From positions 2,713-66,712 of the forward strand of contig CAZYHS010000004.1 of the NCBI GenBank assembly GCA_964647545.1: a stretch of 64,000 nucleotides of DNA. The letters are read 5' to 3'. Under the pieces are notes generated by a model. The model was given only the letters and a program-made list of their open reading frames with translations. It was not told the origin of the DNA and did not search any database. This DNA comes from an uncultured Pseudomonadota bacterium. GTDB taxonomy: Bacteria; UBA10199; GCA-002796325; 1-14-0-20-49-13. Both the position numbers and the translations under genes were made by a program. Below, piece by piece: positions 56,120-64,000 of this stretch (position 1 is its first letter; each line of letters starts with the position of its first letter).

Positions 56120-59100
56120 TTATTTGATTTCGGAGGTCTTTTCGTCGAACGGATGACCGACGCTACTTTCGTCGGAATCGCTTCTCCCCGACGACCTCAA
56201 TGAAAAATCGGGGATGAACCTTTTCACGACCCGCAGACGGAAACGCTGCCCCATGTAAGAATCGCGATACGCTATCGAAAGATTGTTGGCGGTCGTTTCG
56301 ATTATTTCGAAAGCGGATTTGAACGCCTTCATCGCATCGTCCTCGCGGCCATTCTTTTCAAGCCACTCTCCGAACGAGGATAATATTTCCCATTTCAATT
56401 CAGGAAGGTCGCCGGCCTCCTCTATTATTCCTTCAAATGTCGGCGCTATCTCGTTTTGCGCGACAAGACCGGCGCGCAGATCCAAAAGCTTCTTTCTTAT
56501 TTCAAGCTCCTTTGTCTGCGACGGCTGAACCTTTGAAAGAATGCCGCCGGCCTCTTCGATTTTTCCGTATTCGATCAGCAGCTCGGACTTGGCAAGCTTC
56601 GACCAAAGTTCAAGATCGCCGGTTTTGATTTGCTGGGTGATCTCCTCGACAAAAGAGAGTTCCTTCATGGCCTCGTCGAACTTATCGAGATCCTTGTACA
56701 GGAACGAAAGTGAAAGATGGCACCAGCCGAGCATGAGCTTGGAGCCAAGCGCCGCAAATCTGTCGAGCGCCATCTGAATGTGGTTCTTCGCAAGATCGGT
56801 GATGCCGATGGTTTCGTACAAAATTCCGATGGTCAGATGATTTTGCGCGATCTCTTCGACCGAGCCTACCGAACCCTCGATTTCGAGGCCGGCAAGTGCT
56901 GTTTCAAGCGCTTTTGAATACTGAGCCGTAAGCTGATAACAGCGCACAAGATTGCCGACGATGACCAGCATGTTGTAGAGATCGCCTATCTCTTTTGCCA
57001 GACGATAGCTCTCTTCCAGCTCGGCGATAGCCGCTGCTGGATTATTGTTGGTCATGTGGATATACCCGCATTCCGCGTAGCATAATGAAAGCGCACGCTT
57101 GTTCTGTTTTGCGGCCAGATAGCGTTTGCGGTTGTCGTAGAACCTAATTGCCTGCTCGTAATTCCCCTTGGCGCCCAGTATCATTCCTAGATTATTGTTC
57201 AAAAGAAGGCAAACCGTGGCGTCGGCGATCGCTTCCGTAAAATATTTTTCGCTCTTCTCAAGGTCGCCGGTGTAAAAATAGACGTTGCCGAGGCTGTTCT
57301 TGAACTGCACGATATCGGTGATGGCGGTGTCGTCGTTCATTATTCGCAAACCATCCTCGTACCACTTTTGAGCTCGGACGAAATCACGCATCTTGGAATA
57401 AGCCATCCCAAGAAGGCGATAGTTTTCGAGCGCTCGGTCGCCTTCGGCTATCAACTTTTCAAGACGCTCGATAGCGCTGCGATAAACACCCATTAAAATA
57501 TTCATCCGCGATACGGCGCGGATAAGCCCCCTCTTTTTTGCGGGGTCGTTGGAATGCTTAAGCGCAAGCTCATAATATTTCGCCGCGTCGGAATTATTGA
57601 ATTTTTCTTCGAAACTCTTGGCGGCCGACTCGGCGTAGCACTCGGCATAATCGGATCTCCCCGACTCGTTGAAATATTCCGCCAGTTCGGCAAGACTCGA
57701 CTTGTCATGTTTTTCAAACCAAAGGCCCAATAGCCCCGACAGCTCTCTCAAACGTTGCGCGTCGAGGCCCGATTTAATGACCTGCGCAATTGCCTTGTTC
57801 GTTATTTTTACATCCATTGACGGATAGACAAGATCGGCAAATCCGTTTGAGACAAGTTCCTGCACGAACTTAAGCCCTTCATCTTTTTCAAATTTCAGCA
57901 GTTCGCAGGCGTCGTCAAGACGAAGACTTCTGCGAGCCACCGACGCAAGTTCGAGCATGGCGAAGCTTTTTTTCGAAAGACGCTTTGCCCGTTCGATATA
58001 ACTTTGCGCAACAGACGCAGGAGCGCAGGCGGAGCGCCCCGGAGAAAGCAAATACTGACAATAAGCCTCGACCAGCCCCGGCACGCCGCCTGAAAACTCA
58101 AGCGCCGCATTAACATGTTTTTGCGGCTCTTCAATTCCAATAGACGACATGTAGTAGGCGACATCGTCCTTTGAAAAGAGGCTTAGTTCGATCTTATCAA
58201 GTTTTGTGACGTCGAACCATCTTGATACAACCTCGCTAAGTTCTGATTTAGGCCGCACCCCCGCAAGCAACACAACGGGAAGCTCGCCTTCGCTTCGTTT
58301 GACTTTAAGGCGTTCTTCGATCAGCAAAAGAAATTTTACAAATGAAGAATCCGCAAGCTGAACGTCGTCAACGACGAGAAAAAGTCCGCTCGGAGAAAAT
58401 TTTTCAAGAAGGGCGTTCACCCAAGTAATATCGAAAATTTTTCGTTTATCCTCGGACTTGCCGCCGTCGTCGCGCACAGGCAGACCAAGTCCGGCAAAGG
58501 ATGCTATAAATTCATCAATGTGGTTTTGGCCTTCAACGCACGAAAATTCGCGCAACGGGATCTCTTCGAGTTCCGCGCGGTATTTGATCTCTCTTACCAA
58601 ACGGCTCTTACCGATCCCCTGAACGCCGACAAACGCAAATCCGGTGCAGGTCGGCGACTTTTTATCCTTTAGCGCGGCAATCTGCTCGGTAATTTTTTCA
58701 AAGACGCCGCTTCTGGCTACGATCGGGCCTTCTCTGAATTGAAGCCCGGCGATCTTGCTGACATATTTTTTATAACGCCCTTCCGTCCTGAAATTTATAA
58801 ACTCTATGGCCTTCGCGCAGGTCCCCACCCTGTCTGTCGGAATCGTTGCAAGCATGCGGCCGATAAGCTGGCGAATATATTCCGGCAAAGATTCGTTGAA
58901 CGGAATCGGCGTTTTTTCGCGGTGCCATTTAAGGATCGCGTTCACGCTGGCGGCATCGTACGGATAGCTTCTGTGCAGCAGTCGGTAATAGACAACTCCG
59001 GCCGCGTAAATGTCGATGCGATGGTCAACGTCCTTGCGCTCGGTCGTGAGAAGTTCGGGGGCCATGTAATGGGCGGTCCCCACAACGTTTCCGCCCGACG

Positions 59101-59602
59101 CGAGCTTACGAGTTGCAAATCCGAAATCGACCAGCTTGAGTACGGGGGTCGATTTCACCTGAGTGACAAGAGCATTCCCGCATTTAATATCGCAATGGAT
59201 AACGCCGCAACGGTGCGTATATTCAAGCGCAGCGAGCAGCTGGACGAACAGCTCTTCTTTGGTGTGAAAATCGGAGCTCTGCGTGAACGAATAAATATCG
59301 GTCCCTTTGATGTACTCGGTCGTAAAGAAATATTTCCCGAGATCGGGCGAATATTCAAAGTCGTAAACTTCGGCTATGTTCGGATGCCGCAGACGACTTA
59401 GCACCTCGAACTCGTTCTTCATTATTTGCACGTACCGGTCGCGGAAGTTGGCATCGACCTCTTCGCCGAGAATTTTCAACGCGACGTCGCGTTTGCCGTC
59501 GTTGGCGAGATAGACAATAGACGTGCCCCCCTCGCCCAAGACCTCTTTAATCTTGTAGATCTTGTTCTGCGTGGTGATCTTTTCTGGAAAATTTTGAGCC
59601 AT
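56120..59602 (-). CDS. Ser/Thr kinase - P-loop (STAND/AAA_16-like) NTPase - TPR multidomain protein
   Basis: GEGGTSIV, VALK, HCDIKCGN, DFG, GTAHYMAPE; Walker A GVQGIGKS and Walker B LVVDD; C-terminal TPR-like repeats. Confidence 0.85.
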   Translation of the reverse strand: MAQNFPEKITTQNKIYKIKEVLGEGGTSIVYLANDGKRDVALKILGEEVDANFRDRYVQIMKNEFEVLSRLRHPNIAEVYDFEYSPDLGKYFFTTEYIKGTDIYSFTQSSDFHTKEELFVQLLAALEYTHRCGVIHCDIKCGNALVTQVKSTPVLKLVDFGFATRKLASGGNVVGTAHYMAPELLTTERKDVDHRIDIYAAGVVYYRLLHRSYPYDAASVNAILKWHREKTPIPFNESLPEYIRQLIGRMLATIPTDRVGTCAKAIEFINFRTEGRYKKYVSKIAGLQFREGPIVARSGVFEKITEQIAALKDKKSPTCTGFAFVGVQGIGKSRLVREIKYRAELEEIPLREFSCVEGQNHIDEFIASFAGLGLPVRDDGGKSEDKRKIFDITWVNALLEKFSPSGLFLVVDDVQLADSSFVKFLLLIEERLKVKRSEGELPVVLLAGVRPKSELSEVVSRWFDVTKLDKIELSLFSKDDVAYYMSSIGIEEPQKHVNAALEFSGGVPGLVEAYCQYLLSPGRSACAPASVAQSYIERAKRLSKKSFAMLELASVARRSLRLDDACELLKFEKDEGLKFVQELVSNGFADLVYPSMDVKITNKAIAQVIKSGLDAQRLRELSGLLGLWFEKHDKSSLAELAEYFNESGRSDYAECYAESAAKSFEEKFNNSDAAKYYELALKHSNDPAKKRGLIRAVSRMNILMGVYRSAIERLEKLIAEGDRALENYRLLGMAYSKMRDFVRAQKWYEDGLRIMNDDTAITDIVQFKNSLGNVYFYTGDLEKSEKYFTEAIADATVCLLLNNNLGMILGAKGNYEQAIRFYDNRKRYLAAKQNKRALSLCYAECGYIHMTNNNPAAAIAELEESYRLAKEIGDLYNMLVIVGNLVRCYQLTAQYSKALETALAGLEIEGSVGSVEEIAQNHLTIGILYETIGITDLAKNHIQMALDRFAALGSKLMLGWCHLSLSFLYKDLDKFDEAMKELSFVEEITQQIKTGDLELWSKLAKSELLIEYGKIEEAGGILSKVQPSQTKELEIRKKLLDLRAGLVAQNEIAPTFEGIIEEAGDLPELKWEILSSFGEWLEKNGREDDAMKAFKSAFEIIETTANNLSIAYRDSYMGQRFRLRVVKRFIPDFSLRSSGRSDSDESSVGHPFDEKTSEIK

Positions 59603-59643
59603 TTTGTGGAGGCATGCTAGCTAAGTTGCCCCCCTTTCTCAAG

Positions 59644-61002
59644 CTATTTTATGGACTTGCAGGCAAGGCCGTCGTCGTTTTTAACGTCGGCAAAACATGA
59701 AATTCTCTGTTTAGGTTCAACATCCAAATATCTGGAGAATTTTTTCCCGGCAGATTCAAAAAAGATCTCAATTTTATGACGACCCGCAGAAAGCCTTCGC
59801 CCGACAACCGGAGTTTCGGACCCTTTTGCGACATTGTCATCGATTATCAAATAGCCCCACGGTCTGGCCGAAACACTTAGCAGCCCCCACTCTTTGTCAT
59901 CTGAAGATACTCGTTCGGGTCGGTCGGTTTTCGGCTTGGAGCCCGAATCGCTACCGTTTGTTTCGGTTTGAATATCGACAACCGCCGTCGCCACATCTAT
60001 CAACTCCTTTTTGTACGGTGAATCGGCCCCGATAACTCCGAACGATGCAAAAAATAGAACCGACAAAGCCGAGCAGGTAATCGCCCGCCTTGTCAGATCG
60101 ATTTTTTTGAAAGGAGGCATTTTGCCGACGGGACGAATCTGGCGACGTCTCGCCTGCATTTTTTTGAATTCGCCGCGAAACCGTTCGCGCACAAGCAAGG
60201 CCAGCTCATGCTCGTGAGATATCAATCCGTAGATTCTTTGGACGGCGAACAGATCGTTCAAAAACTCGCCGGCTGAGCGATACCGCTCCTCAGGCCGAGC
60301 CTTAAGAGCGCGCCTAAGCACAGGCCTTATTTCGCGGGGGGCGCTTTGAAATCGATCGTCCCTCGTTCCCGATGGACAAACCAGTTCGTAAAAAACCGCG
60401 CCGAGCGCATAAATGTCGCAGCGATGGTCAAGCCCGCGACCGGACAACTGCTCCGGCGGCATGTAGGCAAATTTTCCGCGCACGTTGCCGGCAACCGTCT
60501 CGGTGCTGCGATGATCGCCCTTTGCAATCCCAAAGTCCGCGACCTTCACCTCGCCGTTAAAAGAGACAAGGATGTTTTGCGGGCTGATGTCGCGGTGGAT
60601 TATTCCAAGCTGATGAGCGTGCTCAAGCGCCTTCAGAACCTGCGCTACAATAAAACAGACCGTCCTTATGGGAAGCCTCTTTGACGAAGAGGCTTGCATG
60701 AGTCGCCGCAGATCGACGCCGTCAAGGAGTTCCATCGCGATGAAATGTCCTCGTTGAGATTCGAAAAGCTCGTAAACCTCAATGATGTTCTGGTGCTTTA
60801 GTTTTACGAGCGCGAGCGCCTCGTCAAAGAACATCGAAACGATCTCGCAATTCTTTGACAGCTCGGGAAGAATTCTTTTTACGGCGACATCTTTGACAAA
60901 CCCGTTATCGCCGAAAAAGTGGGCGCGCCATACTTCGGCCATTCCGCCCCGCCCGATGATTTCGAGCATCTCGTATTTGCCGGCCCTCCAGCTCTTTTGC
61001 AT
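59644..61002 (-). CDS. Membrane Ser/Thr kinase with a C-terminal PEGA-like extracytoplasmic domain
   Basis: GRGGMAEV, VAVKR, HRDISPQN, DFG, GKFAYMPPEQ; single TM; SVSARPWG...GRHKIEI. Confidence 0.88.
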   Translation of the reverse strand: MQKSWRAGKYEMLEIIGRGGMAEVWRAHFFGDNGFVKDVAVKRILPELSKNCEIVSMFFDEALALVKLKHQNIIEVYELFESQRGHFIAMELLDGVDLRRLMQASSSKRLPIRTVCFIVAQVLKALEHAHQLGIIHRDISPQNILVSFNGEVKVADFGIAKGDHRSTETVAGNVRGKFAYMPPEQLSGRGLDHRCDIYALGAVFYELVCPSGTRDDRFQSAPREIRPVLRRALKARPEERYRSAGEFLNDLFAVQRIYGLISHEHELALLVRERFRGEFKKMQARRRQIRPVGKMPPFKKIDLTRRAITCSALSVLFFASFGVIGADSPYKKELIDVATAVVDIQTETNGSDSGSKPKTDRPERVSSDDKEWGLLSVSARPWGYLIIDDNVAKGSETPVVGRRLSAGRHKIEIFFESAGKKFSRYLDVEPKQRISCFADVKNDDGLACKSIK

Positions 61003-61004
61003 GG

Positions 61005-62384
61005 TTATTTTATGACAAGAACGTTGAAAGAGCCCGCAAACAAGGGGGCCCGCACCACAAAAGAATCGTCAGTCATCGATTCACAATAAAATGACCCGTC
61101 TCCGCCGGCCTGAACAAGGTAGGGGGCTGCGATATTTTGCAACTTTGTCTTGTCAAGATGAAGAGTGACCAGTTTGTAATCGTTTACTCTTTGGCATTCT
61201 ACGTTTGATAAAATATTTCTGCCGGCTGTGACACTGCAAGGGTCTAGAGAATTTCTTATTGAAACGTTTGCCCAAGCAACCGCCGTCGGAAGATTCTCTG
61301 CCTCGATCTTTTTTGCCATAACAAATTCGCTTTCAACTATCGTCGATTTTGCCAGACCTATCTGCCCGTCCAGCCTTAGCGTCTCCTGCTCATCGCTATA
61401 AAGAGAGATAAAACCTGACTCTCTGCTCGGGTCTCCCATCGGATCGTGGCCGAACAAAGTGCTGTGGGGCAAAGTCTTGCTCGGATAGATTTTTGCGACA
61501 ATCTCACCGTCGTTGTTCTTGAATAAATAAGCTCCGCTCATCTCATCGCCCGACTTGCCCACCTTGCCGGCGATGGCAGAGCCAAGCTGCGCGTCTTTGC
61601 TTTCAAGCTGATGATCCGCAGTCGCTCTCGCAGCGGCCTCAACCGAGGTTTGTATCGCTGCGTCCGACCTCGCTATCGAAATTTCTTCCTGACGTTTTTT
61701 TATCGCCAGATCAAGGTCCGACAAAACTCCCTGCACGGTCGCGCTCCCCGAAAAAACAAATCTGGGTTCGACCCCTATCGCCGAGGCCCCGCCTCCGCTT
61801 TGCACGGTATTTTTAAACTCGCTCAGATCGCTCTTAAAAACCGTATCATCGGGGAGCAGCCCTCTTGGGATCCCCTGAGGAAAGACCGCGGCGGCAAGCT
61901 CGTCATCGAGGTGTTCTTTTCTAATTGAGCCGTCGGCTATCATGTCTCCGCTGATCCCTTTCGGGACGACACCGAGCGCGGTTTGTGAATAAATAGAATA
62001 TGGAGACGAAACAATTTCCATTTTTTCCAGAGGGGGCGCGTCGTCGGGAATCACCTCAAGATATTTTGACCCGTCCGGAAAGAATATTTCGGCCGGCAAC
62101 CCGCCGCTTGGAGCCCCTTTCGAATCAATGCCTCCTCCGATGGCGGCGTTCACTCCTCCCGACACGACTTGCAGCTCCTGCCGTTCTTCGAAAACTATGC
62201 TTCCGTCCGCCTCAAGCAGTCTGAAGGTGAACCACGAAGGCCCGTCCGGCAGGGCGTTACCCCCTCCATCCGTGATCTTGGAATGAAAGTTAAGATACAT
62301 CGGCACGCTATTTGCGAACGAAACCGACGGCACGGCAGCGGCGATAACAAGCGCAACAATGATCGTTTTGAGAATTTTTTTCAT
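61005..62384 (-). CDS. Secreted tail-fibre-like protein (MAT-fibre-like N-terminus)
   Basis: Signal peptide; LNFHSKITDGGGNAL...YLEV...SSPYSIYSQTA; ADGSIRKEHL; GASAIG; coiled coil; KVGKSGDEMSG. Confidence 0.6.
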   Translation of the reverse strand: MKKILKTIIVALVIAAAVPSVSFANSVPMYLNFHSKITDGGGNALPDGPSWFTFRLLEADGSIVFEERQELQVVSGGVNAAIGGGIDSKGAPSGGLPAEIFFPDGSKYLEVIPDDAPPLEKMEIVSSPYSIYSQTALGVVPKGISGDMIADGSIRKEHLDDELAAAVFPQGIPRGLLPDDTVFKSDLSEFKNTVQSGGGASAIGVEPRFVFSGSATVQGVLSDLDLAIKKRQEEISIARSDAAIQTSVEAAARATADHQLESKDAQLGSAIAGKVGKSGDEMSGAYLFKNNDGEIVAKIYPSKTLPHSTLFGHDPMGDPSRESGFISLYSDEQETLRLDGQIGLAKSTIVESEFVMAKKIEAENLPTAVAWANVSIRNSLDPCSVTAGRNILSNVECQRVNDYKLVTLHLDKTKLQNIAAPYLVQAGGDGSFYCESMTDDSFVVRAPLFAGSFNVLVIK

Positions 62385-62394
62385 GACGTCTCCT

Positions 62395-62844
62395 TTATCT
62401 GATCTTTATTTCCACTCTGCGATTAAAAGCTTTTACGATCGGCTCGTTGCCGACAATGGCTAACCGTCGTTTTCCATAACTTACGGGAGGCATCAGGCGC
62501 TCGAACGAAACACCGCGCTCGATAAGATAGGCCGCGACCTGTCGCGCGCGCCTGTCACCGAGCTCCATATTCAACTCGTCGTTCCCCGTATGATCGCAAT
62601 GTCCTTCGAGCAGCACCACCGCACGCGGATTCTCTTTCAGCCATTTTATATCGAACTCAAGAGCCTCTTTGGCTTCATCGAGCAATTCGAAGCTCCCCGA
62701 CATGAAATGAACCCGCTCCACAGGCAGCGTAGCGGAGAAGCCCGCCTCCGTTTTTTTTGCGGAGGCGGTTTTTAGATGAGACCTCTGGCAGGCTGCTGTG
62801 ATGAAAAAAACTGCGATGAGAATTGCGGCAAATATTTTGGTCAT
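62395..62844 (-). CDS. Pal-like OmpA_C lipoprotein
   Basis: Lipobox TAAC; VHF..GS, LEGHCD, LGDRRARQV, VSYGK, NRRVEI. Confidence 0.85.
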   Translation of the reverse strand: MTKIFAAILIAVFFITAACQRSHLKTASAKKTEAGFSATLPVERVHFMSGSFELLDEAKEALEFDIKWLKENPRAVVLLEGHCDHTGNDELNMELGDRRARQVAAYLIERGVSFERLMPPVSYGKRRLAIVGNEPIVKAFNRRVEIKIR

Positions 62845-63998
62845 AAAATATCGTAAACATCTTCGAAGAGCCCATCAAGTGTTCCCGAATAAGAAACATT
62901 CGAAAGACAGTCGAAACCGAAACGACAAATTGCGTTTTGAGAATTATCATAGGCGTTCGTCGTCACGAAATTTCCGTCACAGTCGAAAAGCACGGAATTA
63001 GACCCGCTCTTTGGAAAGGTCACGAGCGTGTTGTTCTTAAGACTGCCGGAAAGTGGCCATGCCCCGCCGCACGCAAGCAGGGTCTGCTCCAATGAAGAGG
63101 CGGTAAATATCTTGTTTTCCTCCAGAAAAAGAGAGCCCCCAAAAAATCTGACCGCCGTCGAACTTTTTGGGGACACGCCTCCCGAGCTTCCGTTAACGAC
63201 ACTTCGGAATATCGACACCTCAGACGATTCGCTCGCGACCGTGGTCGCGTATCTGCCGGAGCCTGCGGCTAGAAAGGAATCTGTCGCGGTAAAGATGGAA
63301 TTTTGCACAACGATGGCAGCACTTCTTAGCGAACTTGCACCCCCTCCCCCTTTCACGACCGTATTTTCAATTATTAGCTTGGCACCGTTATCGGCGGCGA
63401 TCCCGCAAGAAGCCTGCGATGTGTCGCTTCCGACGATCATTGAATTTTTTATTTTGGCCTGAGCCTCGGACAAAAATACCGGAGCGGTATGGCAGACAAA
63501 AATTCCGTTATCTGGCAAAACACCGCCGACTCCGTCTTGTACGCCGCCTGACTTAATGAACAAACCGTCGAGCTCGATCGAAACATCCTTGCCTGTCAAG
63601 GCGGCGACAACCGGCGACGTCGAATTGATGAGCTCGGTCTTATTGCCCGACACAGAACTCATGACAACCCGCTGCGAAAAATCGCCCGAATAGCCGCCCG
63701 ATATTTTTTTAACCTTTGAGAAATCGACATCTCTTACGTCGTAGGTGCCGTAAGCCACTTTGATCGAATCGCCCCGATTGCCAGCTTTCTGCACGGCCGC
63801 ACCGACCGAACGATACGGCTCGTAAAATGACCCTCTTTCCATCTCTGCGACAGAAGAGAATGAAACAAAAACGGCGGATTCTCCGTCACCGTCAAAATCA
63901 ACGTCACAGGCGTCGCCGTCGTCGTCCGGTGCTACGGCATCCCCATTCGGAGTTTTGATCCCAAGCGCGTAATACTCCGCGTCGGTGTTCTGCTGATC
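62841..63998 (-). CDS. TSP3-repeat plus beta-helix (DUF1565-like) protein, 5'-truncated by the window edge
   Basis: Frame stays open upstream of the listed Met to the edge (DQQNTD...DDDGDACDVDFDGDG, AVFVS, EPYRSVGAAV...VAYGTY); 4-bp overlap with the next gene. Confidence 0.7.
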   Translation of the reverse strand, partial: DQQNTDAEYYALGIKTPNGDAVAPDDDGDACDVDFDGDGESAVFVSFSSVAEMERGSFYEPYRSVGAAVQKAGNRGDSIKVAYGTYDVRDVDFSKVKKISGGYSGDFSQRVVMSSVSGNKTELINSTSPVVAALTGKDVSIELDGLFIKSGGVQDGVGGVLPDNGIFVCHTAPVFLSEAQAKIKNSMIVGSDTSQASCGIAADNGAKLIIENTVVKGGGGASSLRSAAIVVQNSIFTATDSFLAAGSGRYATTVASESSEVSIFRSVVNGSSGGVSPKSSTAVRFFGGSLFLEENKIFTASSLEQTLLACGGAWPLSGSLKNNTLVTFPKSGSNSVLFDCDGNFVTTNAYDNSQNAICRFGFDCLSNVSYSGTLDGLFEDVYDIL

Positions 63999-64000
63999 GG

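Noticed and set aside
1-64000. rRNA, tRNA, transposase, integrase or prophage structural operon
   Set aside because: None recognised by eye; tRNAscan-SE, Infernal and ISEScan were not run and would be needed to exclude them

Overview
64 kb of a Gram-negative bacterial chromosome. Gene content and style (class II NrdJ, ThyX, TPAT-type TRAP transporter, thrombospondin-3 repeat surface proteins, eukaryote-like Ser/Thr kinases, HpnN/HpnO-like genes) point to a deltaproteobacteria-like lineage (Myxococcota/Bdellovibrionota/related candidate phyla; inference). Housekeeping blocks: tdh-kbl, thiI, nrdJ with tandem NrdR boxes, thyX, ald, coaX, stand-alone coaC, pfk, S41 protease, murI, purMN, tolQRAB. 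Between them lie envelope and accessory loci: (i) an XRE-regulator/lipoprotein cassette followed by a ~0.9 kb non-coding mosaic of co-oriented and nested palindromic repeats (13.3-15.1 kb); (ii) an Omp85 protein fused to a metallopeptidase and beta-propeller; (iii) orphan genes with a sigma54 promoter or a sigma28-like -10 element; (iv) a surface-protein cluster (37-46 kb) whose last gene is flanked by a duplicated terminator and ends in a bare GCSLIR motif; (v) a minus-strand operon, running off the right edge, encoding a TSP3/beta-helix protein, a Pal-like lipoprotein, a tail-fibre-like protein, a membrane Ser/Thr kinase and a kinase-STAND-TPR protein. Locus (v) is the best candidate for an undescribed system. 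I recognised no rRNA, tRNA, CRISPR array, integrase, transposase or reverse transcriptase. All family assignments come from motif recognition by eye, not database searches.
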